A stretch of 64,000 nt of DNA from Tricharina praecox. Lineage: Eukaryota. The notes under the pieces were generated by a model. That model saw only the letters and a list, made by a program, of their open reading frames with translations, was not told the DNA's origin and did no database searches. A program made the position numbers and the translations under genes. This document shows, piece by piece, positions 51,866 through 63,380 of the stretch; positions within the stretch are counted from its first letter, which is position 1; the number at the start of each line of letters is the position of its first letter. The stretch covers positions 186,001-250,000 of the forward strand of contig NW_026250407.1 of NCBI RefSeq assembly GCF_024521635.1, read 5' to 3'.

Positions 51866-52356
51866 TGCACGGACTCTCTAGAGCACTATGAGTAGTAACA
51901 ACCTATATTGAGAGCACCAATTCGACAGTGCACTGCAAACTCCGAACTCCATCGAGTCTGCTCCCCCACGAACTCTCCAGGCTCCCACCCCTCGTCTGCC
52001 ACCAACACGACACGACTCGCACCGTCCACTCGTCCAGCGCGCGACAAATCTTTGCCGCCGTATGTATCGCGTCCTCACTCATCCATTCGCTTCAATCCAA
52101 TCGCACACAGCCACTCGTTTAACACTCACCCACTTCATCATATCATCAACGACGATTTCGATTCGATCTTTAAATAACCACTTAGATACTTTAATCACTT
52201 GCCAGCCAGCACAGTGCACACATACACACGACCCACTCGCGGAGCCCGACATCAATCACCATCACCATAACCCCCCCTCTCCCCCCTCCGCGTCCGTCGC
52301 TCTCCTGCACCGGAACATCCGCATCCACCACGCACGCACGCACCCACTCCGCCTCC

Positions 52357-54252
52357 ATGTTTGCGCAACCCCCCGGGACGACGTACCGCACGCTCGCGCC
52401 GCGGACGCTCGCGCACACGCGGACACCCACGCTGCTCCCAGACATAGCCGAGCACTCTCCGAACCCGGACTCCGAGACGCGCACGCCGTCGCCCGATCCG
52501 TCCGCGGGGAGTGGTGGGCGGGCGGTGCGGTCTGTCTCCGTTGCATCGTTCATGTCGGACGGCACGATCGAGATCGAAGGGTTCGGCTTCGACACGATCT
52601 CGGAGTTTGGCGATGACAGCTCCGTGTGGGGCGGGGAGTCGATGTATGAAGGGAGTGTGTATGATGGTCAGGAGGGATCCGGTGAACCCGATATCTCGCG
52701 CCGCGCGGAAAAGGTCCTCGCCAGCGCAAAGAGGAGGCTCGATCTCTGTGGCCAGAATATCTCCCGCGCCAGGAGCTCGCTCATTCTGTCGCCGTCGGCG
52801 ACGCCGAATGCGCTCCTGGAGCATTTGGACGCTGTGGGCCCCGTGGTCAGGAGGAGAGCGGAGAGTGCGGGAGGCGCGAATTCGCCGCATTGGAGGTATA
52901 ATAATGCCAGGACAGGGAATGAGGAGCGCGGGGTGACGGCGACGGGCATGGCGCACGTCAGGACGGCGAGTGAGAGTGCGGTTACAGATGCGCGCTCGTT
53001 GGGCATCGGGAGGTCGTTTGGGGACTTGAGGGGGCTGTCGGATCTGGTCGAGGACCCGCGCGAGACGGATAAGCAGCAGCAGCAGCAGCCGGCGCGCACG
53101 GTCAGTAGGTGTAACAGCGCGCAGCAGATGCGCGCGTTGAGGGATCAGATGAAGGATCTGCGCGGCAAGATTACAACATTGCAGGAGCAGACCAAGACCG
53201 TGAAGGGGCGGCAGAGCGGATCTTCGCTACGCTCGAGTTCGACGCCCGGATCCGGATCCGGATCGGAAGAAACCACTCCGAAATGGTCGCCGACATCGCC
53301 GAATCTGGAGGAGATCCGTGAGAGCAGAGCGTTGAATATACACACTACGATCGAGCAGGAGTGGGAGCACGTGGCGACCCAGCGGTCGTCCAGCCAGTAC
53401 TCCGTCGACGGATCGGATTGCTCTGGGACCCCGACCGGGCCTCGGCGGGAGGAGGTCAACTCTCCGGTCTTTGCACGCCAGGAGATCCGCTCGGATGCTT
53501 TCTCGTATGATAATTACTTGTTTGGGGAGTCGTTCTTCAAGGGCATTCGACCGGCCTCCCTGAGCAGCGACGGGACCGAGTCGACGGCTACAGCCACGCT
53601 CCCTCCCCTCGACCCGCCGCGCCTACTCGAGAGGAAGGACTCGTTCGTATCGATATCATCATACGCCACGGCAGACGAAGATCGGGAAGATTCCGCACGA
53701 GCAAGCCCCAGCCTGGCGGACCAACTCCTCCAGCTGCGCGCCCCCTCGAGCACACCAACGATACCAGGAGGATGGCTGACCGCCAGTTCGCCCGGCGACG
53801 ATGGGTACCACTCAGCACCGCACACTCCCCACGTCGACAAGGAGCTTCCGCAGACCCCATCCGACGAACCACCGCCTCCGGTAGCGGCATCCTCATGGTA
53901 CCGCGAATCCGTGGACACTACAAAGACGCAATCGATGTTCATCTACGAGGATGATTCCGACGTTGAGGGAGGGGGGGAAGGAGGGCATGGCGGCGGAGTA
54001 CCTTTGACGATCGCCACGTCGACAAGAGACAGCCAGACAATGGTGGTCGGCGGCATGGGCGTCGGCGGCAAAGAAGAGGTCGAGTTGCGGATTGGCCGCT
54101 CGGACCGCGTGCTGATTGAGGGCGTCATCGAGGCGCTGGGACGGGTGTGCTGCGCTATGGAATCGGAGGGGGAGAGGTCGCGGTCGGATCTAAGGGAAAG
54201 ACTGCGCGAGGCTATGAGAGTCCTCGAGGGCGATGATGGGGAAATGTTTTGA
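52357..54252 (+). CDS. Hypothetical 631-aa mostly disordered Ser-rich protein with coiled-coil segments, intronless
   Basis: Long ORF with an ATG start. Helical segments ISRRAEKVLASAKRRL, QQMRALRDQMKDLRGKITTLQ and DRVLIEGVIEALGRVC...LRERLREAMRVLEG. A T-rich 3' UTR follows. Confidence 0.85.
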   Translation: MFAQPPGTTYRTLAPRTLAHTRTPTLLPDIAEHSPNPDSETRTPSPDPSAGSGGRAVRSVSVASFMSDGTIEIEGFGFDTISEFGDDSSVWGGESMYEGSVYDGQEGSGEPDISRRAEKVLASAKRRLDLCGQNISRARSSLILSPSATPNALLEHLDAVGPVVRRRAESAGGANSPHWRYNNARTGNEERGVTATGMAHVRTASESAVTDARSLGIGRSFGDLRGLSDLVEDPRETDKQQQQQPARTVSRCNSAQQMRALRDQMKDLRGKITTLQEQTKTVKGRQSGSSLRSSSTPGSGSGSEETTPKWSPTSPNLEEIRESRALNIHTTIEQEWEHVATQRSSSQYSVDGSDCSGTPTGPRREEVNSPVFARQEIRSDAFSYDNYLFGESFFKGIRPASLSSDGTESTATATLPPLDPPRLLERKDSFVSISSYATADEDREDSARASPSLADQLLQLRAPSSTPTIPGGWLTASSPGDDGYHSAPHTPHVDKELPQTPSDEPPPPVAASSWYRESVDTTKTQSMFIYEDDSDVEGGGEGGHGGGVPLTIATSTRDSQTMVVGGMGVGGKEEVELRIGRSDRVLIEGVIEALGRVCCAMESEGERSRSDLRERLREAMRVLEGDDGEMF

Positions 54253-55092
54253 TTCGAAGTTGATACCATTTGATTTGATTTGTTTAATTTTGCTTTGGAG
54301 TTGGGCTGTACTGCTGGGAGTTCGCATTTTCTATTTTCCTTTTCCGTTTCCTTTTCCTTTGTGCGGGGTGGGTGGGTGGGTGAAATCGCTGGGGAATGGG
54401 CTGTTGGCAGGGAGGGGGGGGGGGGAGGGGCGCTCATGTTGGGATGATATACGCAGCGTATGTGTTTCTTTTGGGTTTGCTTACGTTCTGCCTTGCTTGC
54501 TATCAGTCTCGTATCGTCTCGTCTGTTTTGCTCTATATATATATATCATCTCCTTTATACTTTACTATCATAGTGTCGATTCTGTTTTTTCTTTGGTCTT
54601 TTGGGAAGGGAAGGGTAGAATTTGAATTTTGCTGCTTGTTTTGCGTGTTTTGCTGGTTCCGTATGATCTTTCGCGCTTCGCTCTTTGCTAGTTTTGTATG
54701 TCTTTGGGAAAATCAGATATTCAGATGTCCATGTTGCAAATGGTGATGTGATGGAGCAGTGAAGTGTGAAGTACGGTGTGTATTTCCATCCAGACAAGAA
54801 GGCTTCAGCCTCGGGAGTGTAGGAAAAGGGGTGAAGGCCTCCGCTGTGACCAAGCAGTCGAGTGACATATTTACAACCCATTGATGATGTGCGAGTGCGA
54901 AACCATGATCTCGTCACTCGTGCCCTAGTCTACTCGTGTGTCCATATAGAGCCTAGCCTCTCGAGCCTCACCATCCCAGGTCAACCGGCAGCCTGGGTAC
55001 CTACCGACTTACCCAGAGCTTCCACAGCTCCTCCAAGCTACCCCCACACATCACGCAACACCTCCCCGCACCCGCGCCTTCACACCTTCAAG

Positions 55093-55613
55093 ATGTCCAC
55101 GCACTCAGGTACCCCCGTCCCCTTCCCTCCTCCCTCTCCCCCCACCCCCCACCCCCCACTTCCGCCGCTCCTACTCACAACCCCAACACCAGATGGCGAA
55201 GACTCGCAAATGCACGACAACGCGTCGCTGCCGTCCTCAACGCCGTCGACGCCTCCCGCGAGCAGCCACCACCCGGGCGGTATTCCCACGTCTCCGCCCG
55301 GTAGCCAGCAGCAGGCCGGTCCAGGCCCCGCTACGTCTTCGGCTTCGGGGCTGGCGCACGATCGCATGACGGGGCTGTTGGGTCTGGCGGGTCAGGGACA
55401 GACGGGGCAGGCAGGGCAGAATCCGACGTGGGCCGGGAAGCGCGCGCAGGAGGAGGCCGATCATGCTAAGGAACGCTGTGTGGATAAGGTTTTTGCTATT
55501 CGTAAGTGGGATTTCCGGGGGTGGGGGATGGGAGTGTGGGATGGGGGGCTAATGGGGTACAACTAGGCTGGCTGGGTGATCCGTTCGATGAGAGTGATAT
55601 GTGGAAGGTGTGA
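55093..55613 (+). CDS. Small hypothetical fungal protein, 3 exons
   Basis: ATG at 55093 (AAGATGT). Introns at 55109-55192 and 55502-55566 (GTAAGT...GCTAAT...TAG) give the C-terminus NPTWAGKRAQEEADHAKERCVDKVFAIRWLGDPFDESDMWKV*. Confidence 0.7.
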
Positions 55614-55745
55614 TGATTTCATGGCATGGCGACGGTGTTTCTTTAGTAATGAATGACGAAGGGATATCTTTGATTTGTTGGTAGGAGGGAAATGACTACA
55701 ATATCTCCCTCTGCATGCACGGCATGTGCAATCGCACATCCTCAT

Positions 55746-56524
55746 CTAGTTTGACAGCTTCAACTTTGCAATATCCACCGTCTCCTCGCCCTCCTCCTCC
55801 TCCTCATCCGCATTACCAGCCAGACCCCTCTCCCAGAGCTCCTTCCCGGTCAACTTCTTCTCCTCAACCTTGATATTGGCTTTCTGACCTCTCTTCCCCT
55901 CCGCCTCCTCATCCTCGACAATCTTCCTCTTCGCCTCTTCGGCCTCGCGCTTGAACCTGTCCCTCCACTCGATAAACCTCTCACTAGTCACCAACTCTCC
56001 ACGGAACTTTTCCATCTCCTTCTCCTCCTCGAGCCGCAACTGATCCTCACGGGCCTTATCCTGCTTTGTCGCGCGCTCCAGGATCAAGTTCTCGGCCGCC
56101 TCCTTCAGCGTGCTAGTCAACGTAAAAACCATCGCCATGCCTAGATTCTCCTCGATCGTCTCCCGGACCGCGTCCAGCAGCACCCCCTTGTCCTCAGGAA
56201 ACTCCAGCCATGACGACGGTGACCCCTCGTCGAGCGTCACGTCGAGATCGGGCGCTACCGAGGGGTACGTGGGCGGGTATGACACGTGTAGAAGGATTAT
56301 CGGCTCGGTCTCGATAGAGTCCGCGGATGCGCCTGGCAGAGGAGGTGGGTCGAGAAGGAGCTTTATCCGGAACGAGGTCGGGGTTAGAACTGTTTCTGTG
56401 TCAGTGGGCGCGCGGGGTGATAGGAGCGCGGGAGGAGCGCGGGGAGGGAGGTGGTACGTTGGAGCTCGTCCGGGTAGATCGACTGCAGGACTTCGATCTC
56501 TTCGAGTTGTTCTTCGGACGCCAT
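55746..56524 (-). CDS. GIR2: RWD-domain protein Gir2/RWDD1 (DFRP2), 2 exons
   Basis: MASEEQLEEIEVLQSIYPDEL, YPPTYPSVAP, EENLGMAMVFTL and the DFRP C-terminal motifs KFRGELVTSERFIEWRDRF and KKLTGKELWERG. Confidence 0.9.
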
Positions 56525-56793
56525 GGTTGCACGTATATATTGGTGAGCGGTAGTGGGGAAGGTGGGTGGTGGTGAAGTGCGATGTGCGATGTTGGCGTGA
56601 AGCTTGTATGTTACTTACTCACATAGCAGAACTAAATGGCGGGGCATAGGAGTTGGTCCGTGCACACTATCACCAACCCTGCAGGTGTCGCAAAAAAAGA
56701 TAATTCCCCCACCACCAGCGACCCTCCTCATCCTCCTCGAATACCGCACTCCCCCCCCCCCCACCAACACCACCACCAACACCACACCCAGCA

Positions 56794-58055
56794 ATGGCGA
56801 AAACAAAACCCAGCAGCAAAGACAAAAAAAAGTCCAAGACCCGATCGCGCGAGAAATCCCTTCTACACAGCACAGGCGGCCTATCCAGCAACCCTCACGC
56901 CACCCCTTCCGCACCCACACCCGCACCCGCCGAGTCGACCGCGACCCTCCTCGCCGCGGCGACGGCACTGCTGCACACAAACAACGAGCCCGACCAAGCG
57001 CTCACGCTTGCAACACAAGCACTGCAGCAATCCCCGACGTCCCTCTGCGCCCTCGAGCTGCTCGCCGAGATCCACGTCGAGCTCGGCGACGTAGCCACGG
57101 CCTACACGCTGTACACCCGCGCTGCAACCCTTGACCCCAACGGCGCACACGAGTCCGCCGGCGGCTCCGGCCCAGAAAAGTTTCTCTGGCTGGCGCAGCT
57201 GTGTCCCGAGGGGGGCGCGGCAGCCGTGCGTTGGTACACGACGGGGGTGGAGGCTTTGCAGCGGCTTGTCGCGCTGCGGGACGGGGGAGTTGTCGGGGGC
57301 GCGGCGCAGAAGGAGCTGGTCGAGCGCGGGCTGGAAAGGAAGCTCGTGTCGGCGCTGTGCGGGCTCGCGGAAATCTACATGAGCGACCTGTGCATGGACG
57401 CGGACGCTGAGGCGCGCTGCGAGGCGTATGTAACACAGGCGCTGTTGGCCGTGCCCGATAGTGCCGAGGCGCTGCAGACCCTTGCCAGTGTCAGGATCTC
57501 GCAGCAGAGAGTGCAGGATGCTGTTGCGGCATTGGAGCGCGCGGTGGGAGCGTGGAAGGAGCTGGAAGCGGAGAGCCCGGAGATGCCGAGTTATGCGGCT
57601 AGGATATCTCAGGCGAGATTGCTCATCGAGACCGAGCAGTATGAGACCGCTGTGGAAGTCCTGGAGAGACTGCAGGCCGAGGATGATCAGTTGCCGGATC
57701 TGTGGTATCTAGGTGGCTGGACGCTCTTCTTGCTGGGAGAGAGGGAGAGGCCCAGGAGGGAGGGATGGGCGGAGCTGTGGGAGGCCGCCAGGGAGTGGTT
57801 GAAGACTTGTCAACAGGTAGGCGGCGGCATTTCTGTTCTGTTTCGTGGGTTGCGTGGGTTAAGTGCTGATGTGTGGAATAGCTTTATAACGCCCTTGAGT
57901 GGGAAGACGAGGGGATCCGGGAACATGCTGAGGAATTGCTGGGTAAGATCCTGGAAGTTATACCCGAGAAGGAAGGCGAGGATGAGGAAGAGGCGGACGG
58001 AGATGAGGAGGAGGAGGAGTGGGAGAGCGATAGTGCAGATGAGGAGATGTCGTGA
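56794..58055 (+). CDS. ACL4: TPR-repeat assembly chaperone of ribosomal protein Rpl4 (Acl4), 2 exons
   Basis: Motifs GPEKFLWLAQL, ALCGLAEIYMSDLC, EALQTLASVRISQQR, PSYAARISQARLLIE and DDQLPDLWYLGGW. Intron 57817-57881, then an acidic tail ending EEMS*. Confidence 0.88.
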
Positions 58056-58304
58056 CGTGACGAGACGTGACGTGGGTACTTATTTCCTGGTGTCTGGGTT
58101 TTGCTTTGCTTTTCATCTCTGGGTTTGGTTGCTTGCTTGCGGGGGTTCAGCTTCACTTTACATATCTATTTGTATAGAGAAAAAGTTGTCACAAATAATC
58201 ATGGATGGATCATGGGATCGCAAAGTAATAGAAAGCGGACATCTATTATTCACATTACACAACCCAAGTCTATCTACAAGGTACGTATACGGTAGGTGCG
58301 TACT

Positions 58305-60340
58305 CTATACCACACCTTCCCACCCACCTCCGCGTCCCAGAGCCGCCTCTAGAATCAACTCCCACACGCCGGCAAAGCTCAGTACCACATCGTCCAACTC
58401 CGCTCTCCAAAACTCGCCCGAGGCACTAAACGTGATCTCGACGCTGCCGTCGTCTTCCTCCTGGTCTTCGTCGACCTTTGCCAGGTAGCAGGCGACCAGC
58501 TGCTGCTCGAGGTAGAGATTGCTCGACGCGGCAGCGACATTGTCGTTTTTCGAGATGGTGAACCCCGTGAACTGCACGTTGCTGCCTGGCTGCTCGCATT
58601 CCACCGGTGCGCCGGACGCGACGTGGAGCACTGCGAGAATCGTGGATAGCTCGGGTGATGGCGGCAGCATTGAGAACGAAGGGTGCAGGAATAGGTTGCG
58701 GTAGAAGGGGAAGGTATTTGCTGTTCCAGTGTTAGCGCCGCTCGTCACTCGCACAAATTGTGGGTGTGTGGTAGGAAGAGGCAAACATTTTATCCTCTCT
58801 CCCCTCGCGGCAACCGCTACCTGAAACGCCGTCTCCCTTTCTTCAGGCGGCACATCCGCGTCGGCGAGCATCTCGATGAACCTCACGCCCTCCTCGGTGA
58901 CTGCCATGACCGGCTCACTCCTTGCATTCGCGGTGCCGCGCTGATACACGCTCTGTGTGATGGGAGTATCTCTACCCACGGCCGCCTGCAGCGCCAGCTG
59001 CAGCGTCGCATCCACCAGCCGCTTCTGCAGCAGCTCCTTGGGCAGCCGCAAAGACAGCGTCCGCACAGACCGCGCTACGTTGTCGGTGTACCCCCGTGGC
59101 ATCGGTGCTTTGCGCGGCGCGGGAGTGAACAGCACGGGCTCGCCCGCCCGTGGCCCGTTGTACATCGGTAGCATCTTGCATGCGGTGATGAGGGCGGGGA
59201 AGGAGAGCTCCTTGGGTGGGCGTGCCCGCACTTGGTATAGGCGCCGTCCTACGTCTGCTTTTGCGGCGAGCTCGGATAGCCAGAGTGCGGTCTCGAGCCC
59301 CGCGGAACAGTCTGCTACGGTGTGGTCGGTCGTCATCCCCACTGCCCCGTCGGAGTATACGACGAAGCTGAGGGTTTGGTCGGCGAAGCGGTTGGGCGAG
59401 TCGCAGTTGCCGCGGATGTCCTCGAGGGCGTCTGACGTCGGGTGTGGCAGGACGTAGTCTTCCAGTGCTAGGGTGGTGAGCGAGCTGTAGAGGCGGTTCA
59501 TGGTCATGTTGGTCCGCGTATCTGACGAGAGCGAGGCTTTGGTCTTCGCCCATAGTTCCCGCGGGAGACGATGTGACAGCGCCGCGACGGAGATGTTGGC
59601 CGTTTCCTGCACTCCATTAGCTTTCGCATCCACGACAACGGATAGTTAGATGCATGAAGTCTCACCCGCCCAGCCGCCTTCCTCACAATCCCCTCCAGCT
59701 GCGCCCTTATCTCCTCCACGCTCACCACCTCTCCCATCCTGAACACCTCTACGGCCCACGCCCTCCCAGCGACCCACACCACGGCCTCACCCAGGTCCCC
59801 AGAGGCCAATTGTACATTATCGCACTCCCTACCCGGCACATGGAAGCCCCCCAGCAGGCCATCCGTCTGCCACCCAATCTCCTTAGACTTCCTGCCACCG
59901 AAGCCATCGCGGCGCCAGACGCCCACGGCCCAGAGCACGCGGGCGGCGGCCTCCTCGCGCGAGCGGCTGCGCCCCGCAAGCAGAAAGCTCGCTTTCACGT
60001 CTGTGGCGAGGGTCCAGCGCCCCGAGAGCTGCAGCGCCGTGATGAAATCGTGGGTCCAGTTTGCAGACTTGGGGAGGAGCTCGCGGAGGCGCGCATCGAT
60101 CGGGTCGAGTGACGGGAGCAGCGCCTGTACTGCTGTGGGGTAGGCGGCCACCAGGTCCGCGGGCAGGAAGGGCGCCACCAGTGACGGCAGCGAGAGCAGT
60201 AACGAGTAGATCGGTGGGATCGCGGGGTAGCTTTTGGCTGCCTGCGAGTCGTCCGCTCCTGCTGCAGCCGCCGCCGAGGTGGAGGAGGTGCTCGAAGATG
60301 TTGTGCAGGTGGTCGGCATGTCGGTTTGAGGGCTTTTCAT
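58305..60340 (-). CDS. Highly divergent choline/carnitine O-acyltransferase family protein, about 3 exons
   Basis: Collinear matches to family blocks: GGFHVPGRECD, VSVEEIRAQLEGIV, PRELWAKTKASL, NRFADQTLSFVVYSDGAVGMTTDHTVAD (HxxxD), DATLQLALQAA and ARSEPVMAVTEEG. Introns at 59665-59607 and probably 58786-58721. Confidence 0.75.
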
Positions 60341-61597
60341 TTCTCGATTGAATGGATGGGGGAGGGCCGAACACGGTTTTTATACATGAAGCTCCCACCC
60401 CCCCCGCACGCCCCACCCCCCCACCTCAGTCCAGCCCAGCCCGGCCCGTCATTTCTGACGAGGTGGCCAATCTCTGTATACAGATGAATCATGATTGCTT
60501 GCTATCACTACCTAATCAACTACTCCTCGCAGCTTAGTTAGTTAGTTGGATACCGTACGTAGTTGTAGCTCCGATCCCTCTGACATAAGCACAGCTGCAG
60601 CGGAGCGTTATACATATGTGCAAACAAGCTGGCGACTTTGATTATCCGCAGCAGCAGCAGCAGCAGCATGCACGTGTAGAGTGCGCAGAGTAGCCAATCG
60701 GACGGGACGATCGCAAGCGAAAAGCGGCCGGGCCCCCAATCGCAGTAAGTACTGAGTACGTGCGCCGTGCGGGCGAGGGGGAGTCCGTCCCGATAAAGTG
60801 GAAGATAAACTGCCCCACTTCCGCTATCTCTGCTTCTCGCTCTGCGGGATATACATAGCAGTGTATGTAGGGGTGTGTAGTAGATACTGTGCAGTAGACA
60901 CCCCGCCACCACCACCACCGTCACCACCGTCATCCGGGCCCGGGTCCTCAGATGATAGAGTAGGTATGTAGAGTACCGTAAGTACTCGTACATACCAGTA
61001 GAGTAGTGGGCGATACATCATACATACCCACCCACCTACCTATCGATATACAGCGGGCCCGCACCCGTAAAAAAAAAAGTCAATCAAGTACCTACTCTAC
61101 TTGTGTAGAGTAAAGTGGTGTCGTGTGTTGTTCATATGTATCCACAATCCGGATCCGCTGCGTGCTGTTCTCATACCTATTCAATCAGTTTGATGTGCGG
61201 GATGGTCCGGACGGTAGCTGCGGACCTGCGGTTGTGGGTAGTGATCATCCCATCGTTATGTGGAGTACTGAGTAAAGTGCGAGGGGCAAAGTCCGGAGGC
61301 GGGGGAGATCTATAGTATACCTACTAGGTAGAGTGCCTAATCTGATGGATTGCAAACAGCGTGCGCGAGTGAGAAATCTGGGGGGAGGGGGATGTCCCGC
61401 ACTTTTAAGGTGGTTCGCCTCTCCTCATCCAAGCCGGTACACACTTCTGCTTGGTGCCCATTCACACTCCCTATGCTCGACCTACTTTTTCCTCACCACA
61501 TTACTACACCCTCAATCGCAAGCCTGAATGAGACTTGCGAGACTCAATTCCATCCGGATCTCCACCTCCATATTGAGCCTCATCGAACCTCATTGAA

Positions 61598-61652
61598 CCC
61601 CATCTCAGAACCCATCTTGGAACCCCATCTCAGAATCCATCTCAGAACCCCA
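61598..61652. repeat. Short tandem repeat CCCATCTCAGAA-like, about 4 copies
   Basis: Read directly from the sequence. Confidence 0.7.
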
Positions 61653-62097
61653 CCAGATCCGCAATCGCAACATCACGGCCCACATCGAGCCAGGTAAGTA
61701 GTCACAACCAATCTTCAAACGAGTACTTAATAGCAGTATAGGTAGGTATGGGTGACAGCACAGCAGCAGCAGCAGCAGTAGTAGTAAGTAAAGTAGCGAC
61801 TGATATCAAGAACGGCAATCGAACAGCAAGCAATACAGCGGAAAAAGGAAAACGAAAACGAAACGAAGGGGGGGATACAGACGGACACAAGAAAAAAGAA
61901 CACGCGCGGTGTCGCCATCGACGGAAACGAGAAGAGAAGAGAAGGGCACACAGAAAAAGAAGCAGAAAGAAGAAAGATTCCCCTCGGGACACAAACACCG
62001 ATCATTACAACCAAACACCCCAAACCCCACTTGATGGGCCATATATAATCACCAATTTGTAATAGCACTCCGACACGGCATCACGTCCGCTTGCTTG

Positions 62098-63380
62098 TTA
62101 ACGGAGGCCAATGACGCTCTGTAGTAATGTCAGTATGGAGTAGGAAAGACGGTGTAGGGAAGGGTAGGCAGACCATTTCGAGAGTCCAGACACGACGGAT
62201 CCACACTTTCAGCTTTCCATCCACGCCGTCGACGCCCTCGAGCTCGAGGCCTTCCCACCAGCATCGACGCTAAAACAAAAACATCAGCATATGGCAGCAC
62301 GGCAAAAAGGTTATGGTACATACTGCGGGCTTCCTCCAAAACAGCAGCAGCTTCTGCGCCATTCCAACCACGTTGCTGTCATTCGAGTCCTTGGAGTCGG
62401 TTCTCAACCTGGCCAGAGCCAGACTACAGATCACGGCCTTGTTCGGCTCTCCGGCGCGGTGTCCCCAGGTATCGTCGACGTTGAATCCTCTGCCATAGTT
62501 AGCAAGACAAGATCCCCCGGCAGCTGTTACGTGCCATGTAGAATGCGAGTAGATCTAACCCAGCGGTCAACATCTCGATGAGATGTTGCTCAGTAGTGCC
62601 GGTATCATCGGTCCTCCTCAACCCCGAAAAGATACCATCCTGCTTGAGCAGGACTCTCCCGGCAGCGCGCTTGACCTCCATCATTTCCTGGCGCGAGATG
62701 TCGCGCTTCGGCGGTATCGCGTAAAAATCCAGGTCTTCCCGCAGGACAATGATACCAGCACGGTCCTGCAGGACATTGGCAGGGCTCGTTTGCAATTGGT
62801 TCACCTCCTCGTCCTCGTCCGCCGAAGCCACCGTGATCGTCGACGAGACTTTCCGGAAGAAGTCGAGCATAAATTTCAGGCAATTCGGATCGAACTGTGG
62901 CGGGTGTCAGCGATTGGCGCCATTGCGTTATGTAGGACAAAGGCAACAACAACATACGTCGACTATGTAGATTCCATCGTCATGATACGAGTTCTGCTGT
63001 CCGTCGGGGAATAGACCGTTGGGGAACAGCGACAACAACACAAACTCGGGCAGCGTCAGGAGTTCGTCGCGCGACAGAATGAACGGGGTACCTCTGTCAC
63101 AAACACACGCACGCGACTTGATAAGCGAGGGGTCTTTTCGAGCCAGAATGGAAGGAAAGCGCGAGAAAAGCTACCGTAGGTCCAAGGTCAAGTTCTCTTC
63201 TCCAGTGCCTGGTGCATCTATGAAATCACAATGTCAGTTGGGATCTGCCCGAACAAAGGATGAAAAAAAGAACGCCGGCGCGCATATATCTATCGGGCCC
63301 GTACCTGCCAACGTGTTGAGCGGTGGCCCTCCTTGCTGCACCTGCGTAATGATCGACCCGGAACCTCCTGCGGCTGCCAT
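62098..63380 (-). CDS. WHI2: Whi2 growth/nutrient-stress regulator (BTB-like), multi-exon; N-terminus may be longer
   Basis: Spliced motifs IITQVQQGGPP, ENLTLDLRGTPFILSRDELLTLPEFVLLSLFPNGLF, RAGIIVLREDLDFYAIPP, TTEQHLIEMLTAG, MAQKLLLFWRKPARRCWWEG and LKVWIRRVWTLEMSVIGLR*. Confidence 0.92.

Noticed and set aside
47000..52300. Possible hidden gene, tRNA or ncRNA in the 5-kb intergenic region
   Set aside because: Only short ORFs and microsatellites were seen, with no cloverleaf or box motifs identifiable by eye. A covariance-model scan would be needed to exclude ncRNA.
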